In this document: one piece after another, positions 1 to 12,108 of the stretch | Numbering within the stretch: the first letter of the stretch is position 1 | How the letters are laid out: each line of letters opens with the position of its first letter | Assembly (NCBI RefSeq): GCF_964188315.1 | Contig: NC_135667.1 | Location: 26,288,001-26,352,000, forward strand | Source of the DNA: Podarcis muralis | Lineage: Eukaryota | Direction of reading: 5' to 3' | DNA length: 64,000 nt | Made by a program: the position numbers and the translations under genes | The notes under the pieces: generated by a model | Seen by the model: the letters and a program-made list of their open reading frames with translations, nothing else | What the model was told of the DNA's origin: nothing | Databases searched by the model: none

Positions 1-128
1 AGGAACATCAACATTTATGTCATTTTATTATGTTCTTCGTACAACACAACCTAAATCTTAATTTGTACTTCAATCAGAAAAAGCATGACTGAACAATGGA
101 AGTCACATTCTGAAAATAGCAATGTTCT

Positions 129-1033
129 TCAGCGTTTTCCTCTCCTGGTTAACTGCTCCCTTTTGTTCAGCTCAGGCTTGAACAGGATAATGTAGCATTT
201 TGGGAAGAAGATGCAAGTCAGCAACCCAGCACTGGAGGCCAAGATGGAGAAGATCTCCACAGCCACCATGTATTTCCCTTTGGTGCTCAAGTAAGTTGGA
301 ACAAAGGACAACCAAACACTGCAAAACACCAACATGCTGAAAGTGATGAACTTGGCTTCGTTGAAACTGTCAGGCAAATTCCGGGCAAAGAAAGCTACAG
401 TGAAGCTGGCCATGGCTAGCAAGCCCATGTAGCTCAGGACACAGTAAAACATGATTGGGGATGACTCGTTACATTGTAATACAATCTCCTCAGTCATTGA
501 CTGGGCGTCAGTATCTGGGTATGGAGGAGAGGTGGAAAGCCACACCAGGCAGATGCCCGCTTGGAGAATGGAGCAAGAAAGGACAATGCAGTTGGCCAGG
601 CTTTTCCCCACCCACTTCTTCATCCTGGATCCAGGCTGTGTGGCCATGAAAACGAGAACCACAGTGATGGTTTTGGCCAGCACAGAAGACACAGCCATTG
701 TGAACACAAGGCCAAAGGCAGTTTGGCGCAGAAAACATGTCACTTTGTCAGGTCTGCCAATAAACAGAAGTGCAGAAAGGAAGCAGAGCAGGAGGGAGAT
801 GAGGAGAGTGTAGGTCAGGTCCCTGTTGTTGGCTTTAACTATGGGAGTCTCACGGTGCTTCAAAAATATTCTTAGCATCAAAACTGTGATAATGGAAAAT
901 GAAACAGCAGAAATCGTTAAACTGATACCCAAAGGTTCTTCATAAGATAAGAAGGTTTTAGTCTTGGTAATACAAGCATTCTGGCCCTTGTTTGCATATT
1001 GATCATCTGGACATTTGGAACACACAGGCATAT
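129..1033 (-). CDS. V2R A exon 6 (end of Cys-rich domain + 7TM + tail)
   Basis: ORF 129..1031 has class C 7TM motifs; acceptor tttcag|AT ATG at 1033. Confidence 0.95.
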
Positions 1034-4000
1034 CTGAAATTTAAAAAAACAAAAAATATCAGGTTAGAATTATTTTTAACCTTTTGCTTCTGTGGTAGCA
1101 AGAACATAATAATGAATAAGTCACACAAATTTGGAATAGCTGTTGCTCTCAGTCATCTACACTGCAGGTGGCACTGTGGTCTCAACCACTGAGCCTCTCA
1201 AGCTTGCCAATTGCAAGGTTGGCAGTTTGAATCCACACAACCGTGTGAGCTCCCATTGCTTTGTCCTAGCTCCTGCCCACCTAACAGTTTGAAAGCATAC
1301 CAGTGTGAGTAGATTAATAAGTACTGCTGTAGTGGGAACGTAAACAACATTTCTGCACTCTCTGGCTTCCGTCTCTATGTCCTGTTGTACCAGAAGCAGT
1401 TTAGTCATGCTTGTCACCTGACCCAGAAAGCTGTCTGTGGACAAACACCAGTTCTCTTAACCTGAAAGCGGAGTTGAGTGACGCACCCCATAGTCAAATT
1501 TGAATGAACTTAACCATCCAGGAGTCCTTTACCTTTACATTTTTCCTACAATATGTAATAACTGAAAAGGAAATATTCTCCTTACTTGTGTACTCACTCA
1601 TATATTCAATTCTATTTTTATGGTGCGAAATGTGGTGTTACATTCAAGGGCTAAAATATCGTGGGCTCATTAAAATATAGAAATAACAAGGTAATTTCAC
1701 AGAACATTAAACCAGATCGTATGTTCATCTTTCTCCCCATAATGTATTGTATTATGTAGTTCTTGTATGGACATTAGCACATATTTCCAGGCTATCACAT
1801 GTGCTGTAAATGTTATGGGTGCCTCAACGTGGTTGGGTGATAAATAAATTCAATTTTATTAGTAATACTGCTTTGTGTGAAGCAAAGCTGGGTTGTTATT
1901 ACTATTTTACAAAAACAAGCAAACTCTCATGCTTTTAGGGATCAGTGGGGGAAACAAGCCAGGAACTGGAACTATAGCCACTTAGACTGCAAAAACCTCA
2001 CTGTAGGCGTTAGGCTTGTACACACATTGAACTACAGTTCAAAATGTGCTAAACATGCTGCAGACTGTCATTCAGTTTGGAAGTTCAAAATGTGGAAGAA
2101 ATACCAGTGAGTCTCATCTGGAACTCTCTCTAACACTGGGGGGTCAAGCATTAAGATGTTTAACTACTAAATGAAGAAATGACATATTTGCATACTGTCC
2201 AGATTTGCTCAAGACGGCTTCTCCTCCACAAACAAGAACACAGGAACATAAGAAAAGCTTTTGGGATCAGGCCAGTTGCCCTTCTTGTCCATGATCTGGT
2301 TCTCACAGTGACCAGCCTGATGCCTGTAGGAAACCCAGAAGCAGGACCCAAACAAAAGACTACTCTACCACCCACTGTGGTTTCCAGCAAATGGTATTAG
2401 GAAGCATTCCTGCTGCTGACCATGGAGGCATATCCATCATGGCTAGTAGCCACTGATGGCCCTCTCCTCCTTTAATTTGTCAAGGCTCTTAAAGCAATCC
2501 AAGTTGGAGGATATCTCTGTCTCCTGTGGCAGAAACTTCCATAATTTAGCTATGCACTGTGCACAGAACTGCCTTCTTTTATCTGTCCTGAATTTGCTAA
2601 TATTCAGCTTCATTGGATGTCCACAGGTTTTAGTTCACAAACTTTTATTGAAGGTTTGTTTTTTCCATAGGTCAAGGAAAGAATAGGCAGAATCAGATGA
2701 CCTGGCTTCCTTTTTCTCCTGCTGAACTGTGAGGTCTGCTTCACCTTCCTTGACACTTTTATAGTTGGTGCTGAGACACATAATAAGCCAGGGCTCCCTC
2801 TAGCTCAGAGTGGGCTGCTGTGCTAGATGGCTTTAGATGCAAAGGTTCACAGACACACAGATTCATAGACACTACCAAATCTCATTTGAAATATGGAAGG
2901 CACCTAACATTGCAGAGCTGGACGCATAAACTGCCATTGTCCACATAGTACTCATTAATTGCATTGGTATAATATGCCCATTATTCTTCCTTGTATTGGG
3001 CTGTGAAGTACAGACATTCTTCTTGTATCTGTATGCTGAAACTCTCACCTTCATGATCAGATATCCACCCTTTGGGGCATACAATGCAATCATAGCAGCA
3101 GAAGGACTCTCCCTCCTTGCTTTTCTTCCTATAACCGGTTGGGCACTTGGGATTACACAAAGCAACAGGCTGTGTCTATCAAGAAATGAAAGGGGGAGAT
3201 GTTGATCTTCAGGAGAGTCATCTTGGAATCTCATTGTGCTTTCTGGCCATTTTCCTCATACACAGTCCTTTAGTCATATGCCCTTCCCTTCCCTCCACTT
3301 TAACTGCTGCATATTGTCATGCATCCAAGTTCCTGGCTTGATAACACAGTAATCATTGTCAATTAAAAAGGAGGATTTATTGCAAAAAACAAACAGATAG
3401 CTCCAGACAGCTGTAACATCCAGCATCAACAATCAGGATGACCCTTCTGAAGACTGCTTCCAGTTTCTACAGAAGATAAGAAATTTTTGAACCTTGCATC
3501 TCTTGCTTTATTTCTTGTCTAACAGCCCTTCCCTTAGCTGATTCTTAGAACGGATTAAATCAGCTCCAACCTCTTCCCAGTCTGACATACTACTTCCGTC
3601 CCTTTTCTTGCCTGATTGCACCTCCTGAGAGCTTTGGTTGGGTACCAGCCCGCTCTGTGTCATTCCCTTATCAACTGGCATTCCAAAGAAGTTAGCTCTC
3701 TCTGCTGTGTTCCCGGCTGCTTTCTTGAGTTCACTGCAAACCTTCACTGGGAGCTGGCTCATTCCTGACACTTATAACACATAAACATCAATTCTCATAA
3801 TTTGGTTTTTCCATATCCATACTGCATCTGTAACACCTTCATGTTGAGTGATTCTCTCAATGTCAGTTTCTCTCAGGCATGCCATCTATGGGGGCCCCAG
3901 AGAGGTTAAGGACCCTTAAAAAAATCAATCATGGGGTGGGCCCCCTCAATATTCTGGAGCCAGGCAGGTGCCATCAGGCTCTGCCGCAGCTGCAACGGGT

Positions 4001-7000
4001 TCCTTTGGACCTCTGTTGGGCCCTCCTGTCACTGCAATAGGCTCTGAATGGCCTTTTAGAGGGTGTGTCAGGCTGTGTCGGGTGTAACCGCAGATGTGGC
4101 AAACCCATGCTGTGCATGTGATATCACACTCGCTGACACCCCCCCCCCCCAATGTTGAGTGAAACCTGGTGTGCCTGATTTAACTCCATTTCTCTTTCTT
4201 TTCTGTGTAAAATTTAGTTATCCAAAATTGTATATGCTTTTCAAAAAAAAAAAAAAAAATTCTCCATGAAAATTCACGAGCCTTTTAGTTTAAATTTCTC
4301 CTCATTTAGCAATGCTTGTATGCAATCAGCTGTCAGAGTGCTCACCGTCCTAGCAAGTATAGATTGCACTTGGCTAAGCTGACACTTACAATGCCCAAAT
4401 ACACCTTGATGGTGGCTCAGTTGCAGCAACAGGGGACCTCACCCCATTCACCAGCTTCTGTAACTTTCATTTACGGGCTGCATGCACACAGCTGGAGATG
4501 ACACTAGTATGGTAGCTCTATAGGCTCTTGCTCCTTCAATTCTCTCCTGGTTCTGGGAGACAGTGATACAGGAGAGGGTAGGGAAGCACCTGGCTCTTTA
4601 CTTCTCTGGCCTGATTCTTCCTCCACTTCCTCCAGTCCTTCACCATCCAGCTCTGCAGCTTCTTCTGCCTCTTGCCTCTTGGCTGCCCTTCCTTCCCAAT
4701 CAGACTCCAGCCCCACTTCCCCCACTGCACATTCATCAGTGCCTGAAACTCCCTGACACCACCACCACCACCACCACCATAATTTATTATTTGTACCCTG
4801 CCCATTTGGTTGGCTTACAACAAAGTTTAAAAATACATTAAAATGTCACTCATTAAAAACTTCCCTAAACAGAGCTGCCTTCACATGTCTTCTAAATGTC
4901 AGGTAGTTGTTTATCTCTTTGACATATGATGGGAGGGCGTTCCATAGGACGGGTGCCACTACTGAGAAGGCCCTCTGCCTGGTTCCCTATAGCTTTGTTT
5001 CTCAAAGTGAGGGAACTGCCAGAAGGCCCTCGGAGCAGGACCTCAGTGTCTGGGCAGAATGATGGGGGTGGAGACGCTCCTTCAGGTATACTGGGCCGAG
5101 ACATAATATAGACATTTTTGCAAAGTTGTTTCTGTCAAAAATTAAAAAGCCCTATACAGCCTGTATATTTCTGTTACAAATATAAACATTTTAAAGCACG
5201 CACTATGTCCTCTGACTCACTGGAATAAGTCTGCATAGGGCTGCTTTTTTATTTTTGATTGAATAAGAGTAAAATTTTCATGCATGAAATCTCTCCTCAG
5301 AGGGTTGGGATGGTTGGAGAATGAGCAACGGGCAAGGACAAAATTGTGCAGAGGGTTGGGCTTTGAACTAAAGTCTTACCCTCATTGAGAACTGGGACAC
5401 TTCCCCAAATATCTGTATTGAAGTCCTACCTGATTAAACCAGCTGTGCCACACTATGGCATCCTCATTGATGCTCAAGAGTTTGTCAGGAGCAGCTCGGG
5501 GATCCATCCTTCCAACTTTCACTCTCTTGAAAGATTGGTTTGGATATGTGACCAAATTTATAATGTCATACTTTTGAATGAGCTCCCCATTCTGGTCAAA
5601 GGAAATCTTCTCCCCAACACTGTTGTTAAATGACACAGCTTTCAAAAAACGGTAGAGCTGGAACAAAAACAGAAAAAGGAGCTATTTAAGAGAATGGTTC
5701 TGCCAGACCAAAAGAAACTTCCCAAAACCTTTCAATAAAGGCCACTGTGGTGGACAATGCCCTCTTGATGGAGATAATGTTACTAAAGGTAGATTCATGT
5801 CAGACTTTTATTATTTATGGTCAAAAGCTTCTGCAAAAATTAAAACAGGCTTAGAGGTATAAACCAATTACAATGACAAAATAAGACTAGAATTATTATT
5901 ATTATTATTATTATTATTAAATTAATTTATACCCAGCCTTTTCCCATGAGGGGATTCAAGGAAGCAATGTACTAGTAGTAGTAGTAGTAAATTTTATTTA
6001 TATGCTGCCCTCCCCAGCCAGAACCGGGCTGAGGACGGCTAAAATCAGGATATATGATACATTAAAGCAAAGGAACAATCAATTGAAATACAGATTAAAA
6101 TCAGAATAAAATCAGATGGCAACCCACGAATTATAATTATAGGCGTTGGAAACATTAAGTGCTCACCAGGCCCAGCTATTTGTGTTGGTCTTATATGACC
6201 CGGTGAGAAGAGTTAGAGAAGCTACTTTCATACAGGGTCTTGTAATAAAGAGGGGGGAGGGTCAGTCTGGGCCCCGACCCAAGGCCTGGTGGAACAGTTC
6301 TGTCTTGCAGGCCCTGCAGAAAGATGTCAAGTCCTACAGGGCCATGGTCCCCTGTGACAGGGCATTCCACCAGGCTGGGGCCAGGGCCGAAAAGGTAGAG
6401 GCCAGTCTAACCTCCTTGAGACCCAGGACCTCCAAGGTGTTATTGTTTTGCAGACCGTAAGGTTCTCCGTGGAGCATACCAGGACAGGTGGTCCCGTAGG
6501 TAAGAGTGTCCTAGGCTGTATAGGGGTTTGAAGGTTAAAACCAGCACCGTAAACCTGATCCTGTACTCCACCAGGAGCCAGTGCAGCTGGTGTAGCACTG
6601 AATGAACATGATCCCATGGCAAGGACCCCGTAAGGAACCTCGCTGCGGCATTCTGCACCTGCTGGAGTTTCTGGGTCAGCTTCACAGGCAGCCCCGCATA
6701 GAGCGAATTACAATAATCGAGCCTGGAGGTGACCATCACATGGATCACAGTGGCAAGATTGGGGCAGGAAAGGTAAGGGACTAGCTGCATAGCACGACTA
6801 AGGTGGAAAAATGCCACCCTTGCTGTAGCTGCATCCTGCGCCTCAATAGAGAGGGAGACATTGAAGGTTACACCCAGACTCTTGACAGAAGGCGCTGGCA
6901 CTTATTGCGCCCGCTCAAGAGATGGGAGTTGGCCCTCAACTCCGTGTCATCCTGATCCAGCCAAAGGACCTCTGTCTTTGAAGGATTTAATTTCAACCAG

Positions 7001-10000
7001 CTCCCACACAACCATCTAGCCAGAGATTCCAAATATCTGGTCAGTGTGTCTGTGGCTGAGTCAGGATGGCCGTCCATCAACTCTTTCTCATGTGCCCTTT
7101 CACATTCCCCTCTCTTCATTTCTCTTTCACAAACCAATATGACTTCACATATACAGTTAAACGTCAATGGAATTAATAATAAAAGCAGAACAACCAGTCC
7201 CTGATTCACATTTGGATTCTCTTACCTGCCATGGCCGATGATTATGAAGCTTCCGTCTTTCTCTCTTCATCCTTGCTTTGCTTCTGGATCTGGACGAAAT
7301 CATGGCATGTAAGGCATGAGCCACAACATAGACACTATTGTAAAAGCTGTAGCTGTGGCCTGTTACACTCCTTGGGAAGACATGCTCAGGAAGGCTCTCT
7401 AGTTTCTCCTCTCCAGTGCAGGGAGAAGAATAAGCTCTCCCAGAGTAATTACCCAATACAAAAGGGTCCAGAACAATATCCTGGGATATACAGCGAAATT
7501 GATCTGTCCAGAAATCTTTAATAAAAGTATCTCCCTCAGCATTAGAAGGGTTTCTGTTCTGAATAAAATGCTGGAATCCTTGAAGTTCATTAGACTGAAG
7601 TGCAAACGATAAAGCACCAGAGAAATCTTGGAAATCTTGGAAATCATATTCCAAGAGGTAGGTTTTTAACTCCATCCCGATTGTCAGAATGAAGACTTTT
7701 CCTTTTGGATTTGACATTTGGGGCTTCATTTTTTGGCATAGAAAATATCTCAAAATGATCATACTTGTAGCCTCTCCATGGAAGACGAGGACATTGGCTT
7801 TGCTGTTCATGATCTTATCAGACAAATACATTGCACTTCGGTCAAAATTTCCTTCCTCAACATCATATTCAAAACTGGTGAATGAGTCAAGGAATGCAAA
7901 ACAAATGCCATAACTGGAAAATTCTGGAACCATCTTCTGTATGAACCATTGTAAAGTAATTCCATCTGCAACAAACAATCCAATCCATCTCCAATGGAAA
8001 TAGTCAAGTAATTTGAGAATCCCCCTGAACTGATCAAGTCTCTTTGGAACCATTTTGTAGAAGGAAGGGACTTCAGGGTTCTCCAGTATGATTGAAGCAG
8101 AATCATATAGGAGCTAAACAAATATTGCAGGTGTGAAACATTTTCTATTTAGCTTACATTGGTGGCGCTTCAGCACTGTATACCAGAAGGAGCATCTCCA
8201 CCCCCATTGTCCGGATACTGAGATCCAGCTCCAAGGGCCTTCTAGTGGCTCCCTCATTTTAAACCAGGGAGGGCCTTCTTGGTAGTGGCTCCACCCTGGG
8301 TAACACTCTCCTGTCAAATACCTGACTTTTAGAATACATCTGAAGGTAGCCTTCTATAAGGAATGCTTCTATGTGTGGCATTTTACTGTGGTTTTATAAT
8401 TTGCTGGAAGCTGCACAGAGTAGCTGGGCCAAACCAGTCAGATGGCCAGCATAAAAATTATTAAAATTATTATTATTCATGAAGTGGGGCAGAATACATG
8501 AAGAAAATCAGGCATGGGAAGGAAAGTCCTGTAAGACCTATCCTGATTGCTGGGTGTGTCTTTCAGGAGAAGGTAGGAGCACACTGTGCCCACTCTTCTT
8601 CCTTCCTGCACTAGGAAGGATTTGCCTCTCTGTGTAGCAGCGTTTCTGTGCTTGCACCAATCCTGTCTTCTGCTTGGGATTCTGGCAAAAGAACACCCCA
8701 CAGAATTAGCCCTCCTTTTGATCAACAGGGGGAGGAATGAGAAAGTCACCTTCCTCTTCCCCCCTCCTAGCAGTATGTTTAATAAAGGTTGAAAAAACAC
8801 CCTGATAAAACATCAGTCCTATTATTTTGAATGAATGTGGTTGATAAATTGGGTCAGGACATTTGAATACTTTAATCAGCTTCCCCTTGCATAATAGAGT
8901 CTATCTTTTTGTACTTCTGTGTTTTTAGCCATTATGCCTATTCTATTAAAAGCTCTATCAGCTACCTTCCATGTGCTCAAATTCCTGATCTGGTTTATTT
9001 TATGTCTGCTTTGTTGATCAGTCATCTATAATTGTATATGGATTACTCATACTGTCATCACACCTTGTTTGATAACTCTGTATTCTATACATTATGCATA
9101 ATGTTCCTTTTTCATTTGAAATTTAATAAAAATATATTTTCAAAAATCTAATTTGGGATGGATCCAAAACCACTTCTGAAATGGAAGGCAGTATTTAAAT
9201 TGTATATATTTATTCTGTTTCCATGCACTCTTACCTGAGGAATCTTGTAGATACCAAATACTTGTGGTATGGGAAAGTAGGAATCATTAACATCTTCAGT
9301 GATTGTCAATAAATTTTCATGGATACCACACATAAAGTTGGGGAGGAGTCTGTCCTTTGGTGAAATAAATTGTATTGCAGCAGGAGAGGTCCACCTCGCT
9401 TCCAAAGTGTTATCATAAATGTTGAATCCCAGTGAAATATTGGATAAAATCTGGGGATTTTCATTAACCTCCTTTACAGCAAAAGCCAAAGCCAGAAGAT
9501 GCTGATAGTTCTCTGTCACTCCACTAAAAAGAGAGTTGCATATTATACCAGAAGAAAATAACAAGTGCAGACAACTGCTGGAAATGTGTGAGTTAAAATG
9601 TGAACTTAGTACATATGTTGATTAACTGCAAGATACTGTAATAAGCTCATTTTGGTGCGAGGTGAGGATATTTATAGCAAGAGTAATAAAAAAAAATTGT
9701 TATTTAGGGGAACTGAATTTAATTCTAAATTACATTCCGGAAATGTGGGCGATTTCAAGGGGTAAAAAAAAATGGATGTACCGTGCAATTTTAGAAGCAA
9801 AAAAACTTGTTTTGATGAATTGGAAGAGCTGCAAAAAGATTCAGTTGAGCACATGGATTGATAATATGGATAGATTTGCTACATACGAACGAATTGCATG
9901 TTGACACAAAATAAGAATGGATAAATATGAAGAAATCTGGAATGAATATTTAAGTGGATAGTGGTGAGAAGTATGGGGATGAGAGAGGTGGGAAAATATT

Positions 10001-12108
10001 GTTAAAAAGGTGTAGTCATAGGTATATCAGTGTATTCAAATCTGAATTGTCAAAATGTGTTATTATTGTTATTATAGTTTTTGTTATATGTGTATTTTGC
10101 GGTTGATTGTATAAAAAAACGATTAGGTAATTTATTTATTATTTTTTAAAAAGAGAGAGTTGCATGTTGTGTCACAAGTATATTCTACTCTTTCTAAAGC
10201 TGTTATTTTCTAAAGAGGCAATCCTATAGCAAGATCCTTGGCTGAGGTGGCTGAGTTGAAGCTGGCTGAGGGTCACTGAACTGAAGCTGGAAAAATGGTT
10301 GTTCCAGAAGAATGGGAGGGCAGGACCACAGTGGGGGTGAGTTACAATATTTCACAAACACACATTACCTGGCAAGCCGGCATACAAAAATATGTTAAAA
10401 TAGAATATGTTCCCACTACCAGGCCAGAGGCAGAATTGAGGCAGCTCAACTGGTTCGCTTGTACTGCACATGGAGCCACAGGGTGTGCCACAACTATGAA
10501 GTATGAAGGTGAGAGGCAGAGGGCACCCATGAAATCTGAGACCCCCAAATCCACCACTGGCCAGGTTAAGGCAAAGGAGCAGCAGCAGCTCTGCTGCTGA
10601 ATGTGACTTGGATGTGGTGTATCTTTATCTCAGCTTAATTCACACAGATTTGCTTTAATGCAGTTTATTGTGCGTATGAGTGTTCCTCGTTTTTTTTTAG
10701 TCATTGTTCTTCATTACTATACATTACTATATATTATGTGCTTACACACATACAAGAGTGGGGGAAAGCTACAATATTGACACCACCACCATCATTTTAT
10801 GTGTATACCTTTCTACAGTTGAAACCATGCTCAAGGCAGCTTACAAAATACTGTAGAATCCTAGAAGATTAGGAAAGAACCTCATGTGTATTCTACCCTA
10901 CAGCCATATCTGGTTGGCCTCAAACCACCAGCATTCTGATTGACAGCCTGAAAACACTCGCCCATTGCTCTATCTTAGGCACAAGACATGACTATATGTA
11001 TATAATCACAAACATGAGAAAAGTCATAATGAACAAATAAAACACATTGAAAATAAAACAGCGAAACTGAAATAATTTCCACAAAAATCAGAATAAGATC
11101 TGATTCATAAGCAGATCTAAAAATGAAAATAAAAAAAATAAATGACAACAATGAAACACCCCAACAAAAGATGTGAAACAAGACCCCAGCCCAAGAGTCT
11201 GTTCAGCAGCTTTCGTAGCTGAAGTCAGTCACTCAGTCAGGGCACTGCCCTCCCAGGCCTGATGGGTAAAAGGCCTCCATGGAAGCGAGCAGATCATCCA
11301 GGACTCACAAGCAAGATGGTCTCCTGGCAAATTTAATTCCTATATTAAATAACCACAAACAAACCCAATGAAATATATTAATGTTTTGAGAGCTGAGGAG
11401 AGGGATGCTCCTCACTGTATACATGGTGCTGAGGCTGAGCTGTTTAGTTGATTTATTTGGTGGGGGTAGCAGCTTGGTTTATGAAGCAGAATTCAATATC
11501 ATAACTTAACTGGGTACTGCTGTCCATCACTCTTCAACAGCATGAGAATTCTGCTTTGGAAGACAACATGGTGATGGAGAGAGATACAAATGGAAAGAAG
11601 ATGGACATGCACTTAAGTCAAGAAAAATTGCTTCAAAAGTCAGGTGGCATTCCAAAGCCCCAGTACAAATTCAGTGGCTATTTGTATATGGGGAGGTGGG
11701 ATACAAAATTCCTATAATTAATTAACTGATTTTCCTATTGCAAAAACAAACCTGTCATTGTCTGGAGGTTGAAAACTTAAGATTCCTGTGGACCTTCCAC
11801 CAGCTCTCCCTAGTCTAGGGTGTTTTTTGTTTCAGTTTTAGAATCAGGACAGAGACAAAGTATGAAGGAGAAATGATTCCTTATACAAACATTTTAGGTA
11901 CTTGTTCCCGATCAGGATGTCTGTTCAAGGTAATTGGAGACAGAGAAACGGCACTCTGAAAAACAATGGCTCCATAGGTGAAATCGCCATGTTGATAAAA
12001 CCTGGGATGAATCGGTCTGGAACGCCACTTTCTACACTGAACATCTTGAGCCTTGCATGCTATGTGAGGCAGCAGCAGCAGCAGTAACAAAATTACCAAC
12101 ATCACCAT
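129..12108 (-). CDS. V2R gene A (vomeronasal type-2 receptor, class C GPCR), 6 coding exons, ~884 aa: join(11891..12108, 9235..9523, 7226..8113, 5430..5657, 3049..3175, 129..1033)
   Basis: Exon lengths 218+289+888+228+127+905=2655 nt, with compatible phases and GT/AG ends. Signal peptide, VFT motifs ([31 protein letters not shown]), nine-Cys domain and 7TM ([23 protein letters not shown]) are all present. Confidence 0.93.
1164..1497 (+). mobile_element. Sauria-type SINE (V2R A intron 5)
   Basis: ggtggcactgtggtctcaaccactgagcc...gtgagctccc...tttagtcatgc...gacccagaaagctgt, recognised from the consensus. Confidence 0.75.
2242..2690 (-). mobile_element. CR1-type LINE 3' fragment (V2R A only)
   Basis: aggaacataagaaa tail-like end, followed by ccatcatggctagtagccactgatggcc and ctgtggcagaaacttccataatttagctatg, resembling squamate CR1 3' ends. 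Confidence 0.55.
3049..3175 (-). CDS. V2R A exon 5 (Cys-rich domain, [42 protein letters not shown])
   Basis: Hand translation; tag| acceptor and |gtgag donor; 127 nt. Confidence 0.92.
4365..4770 (-). repeat. Unclassified interspersed repeat (LTR-like; minus strand starts TGTCAGGGAG); copies at about 16730-17103, 31568-31950 and 32065-32300
   Basis: Four clearly homologous copies; gives the acidic pseudo-ORFs (EEAEEAAE). Confidence 0.55.
4760..5100 (-). mobile_element. L2-type LINE 3' tail fragment (paralogous copy at 32300-32640)
   Basis: gagctgccttcacatgtcttctaaatgtcagg...gggagggcgttccatagg...gagaaggccctctgcc, typical squamate L2 3' end. Confidence 0.65.
5430..5657 (-). CDS. V2R A exon 4 ([13 protein letters not shown]...WFNQ)
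   Basis: Within ORF 5382..5666; ccag|CTC acceptor, CAG|gtagg donor; 228 nt. Confidence 0.93.
5970..7083 (-). mobile_element. L2 LINE, 5'-truncated, RT C-terminus to tail (V2R A intron 3)
   Basis: ORFs 6868..7209 ([13 protein letters not shown]) and 6440..6901 ([16 protein letters not shown]...VQNAAARFL...LHWL); (AGT)n tail near 5972. Confidence 0.85.
7226..8113 (-). CDS. V2R A exon 3 (VFT domain)
   Basis: ORF 7157..8053 extended 20 codons to tttag|CTC CTA TAT; donor CAG|gtaag; 888 nt. Confidence 0.93.
8165..8478 (+). mobile_element. L2 3' tail fragment (paralogous copy at about 20420-20765)
   Basis: Reverse complement of the 4760-5100 type sequence, ending in an (ATT)n/(TAA)n tail. Confidence 0.6.
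9235..9523 (-). CDS. V2R A exon 2
   Basis: Within ORF 9148..9564 ([10 protein letters not shown]...YKIPQ); tttttag| acceptor, CAG|gtaag donor; 289 nt. Confidence 0.92.
9542..10147 (+). mobile_element. L1-type LINE 3' fragment with ~16-bp target-site duplication (V2R A intron 1 only)
   Basis: ORF 9662..9904 ([10 protein letters not shown]...WIDNM...YERI) resembles an L1 ORF2 C-terminus; flanked by aaaaagagagttgcat (9526-9541) and aaaaagagagagttgcat (10148-10165); absent in B and C. Confidence 0.7.
11891..12108 (-). CDS. V2R A exon 1 (signal peptide + start of VFT)
   Basis: Within ORF 11881..12114 (12114 is TTG; first ATG at 12108). Poly-Leu signal peptide, FYQHGDF motif. Phase-2 donor GTTTGT inferred from phase match with exon 2. 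Confidence 0.85.

Noticed and set aside
451-875. Plus-strand ORFs recurring at 451-875, 15118-15476 and 27617-27975, and similar ones over exons 3-5
   Set aside because: Antisense or off-frame shadows of V2R exons; they recur only because the exons are duplicated, and their lengths vary
4504-4841. Acidic ORFs (EEAEEAAE) also at 16982, 31742 and 32014
   Set aside because: They come from an interspersed repeat; starts, frames and lengths differ among copies
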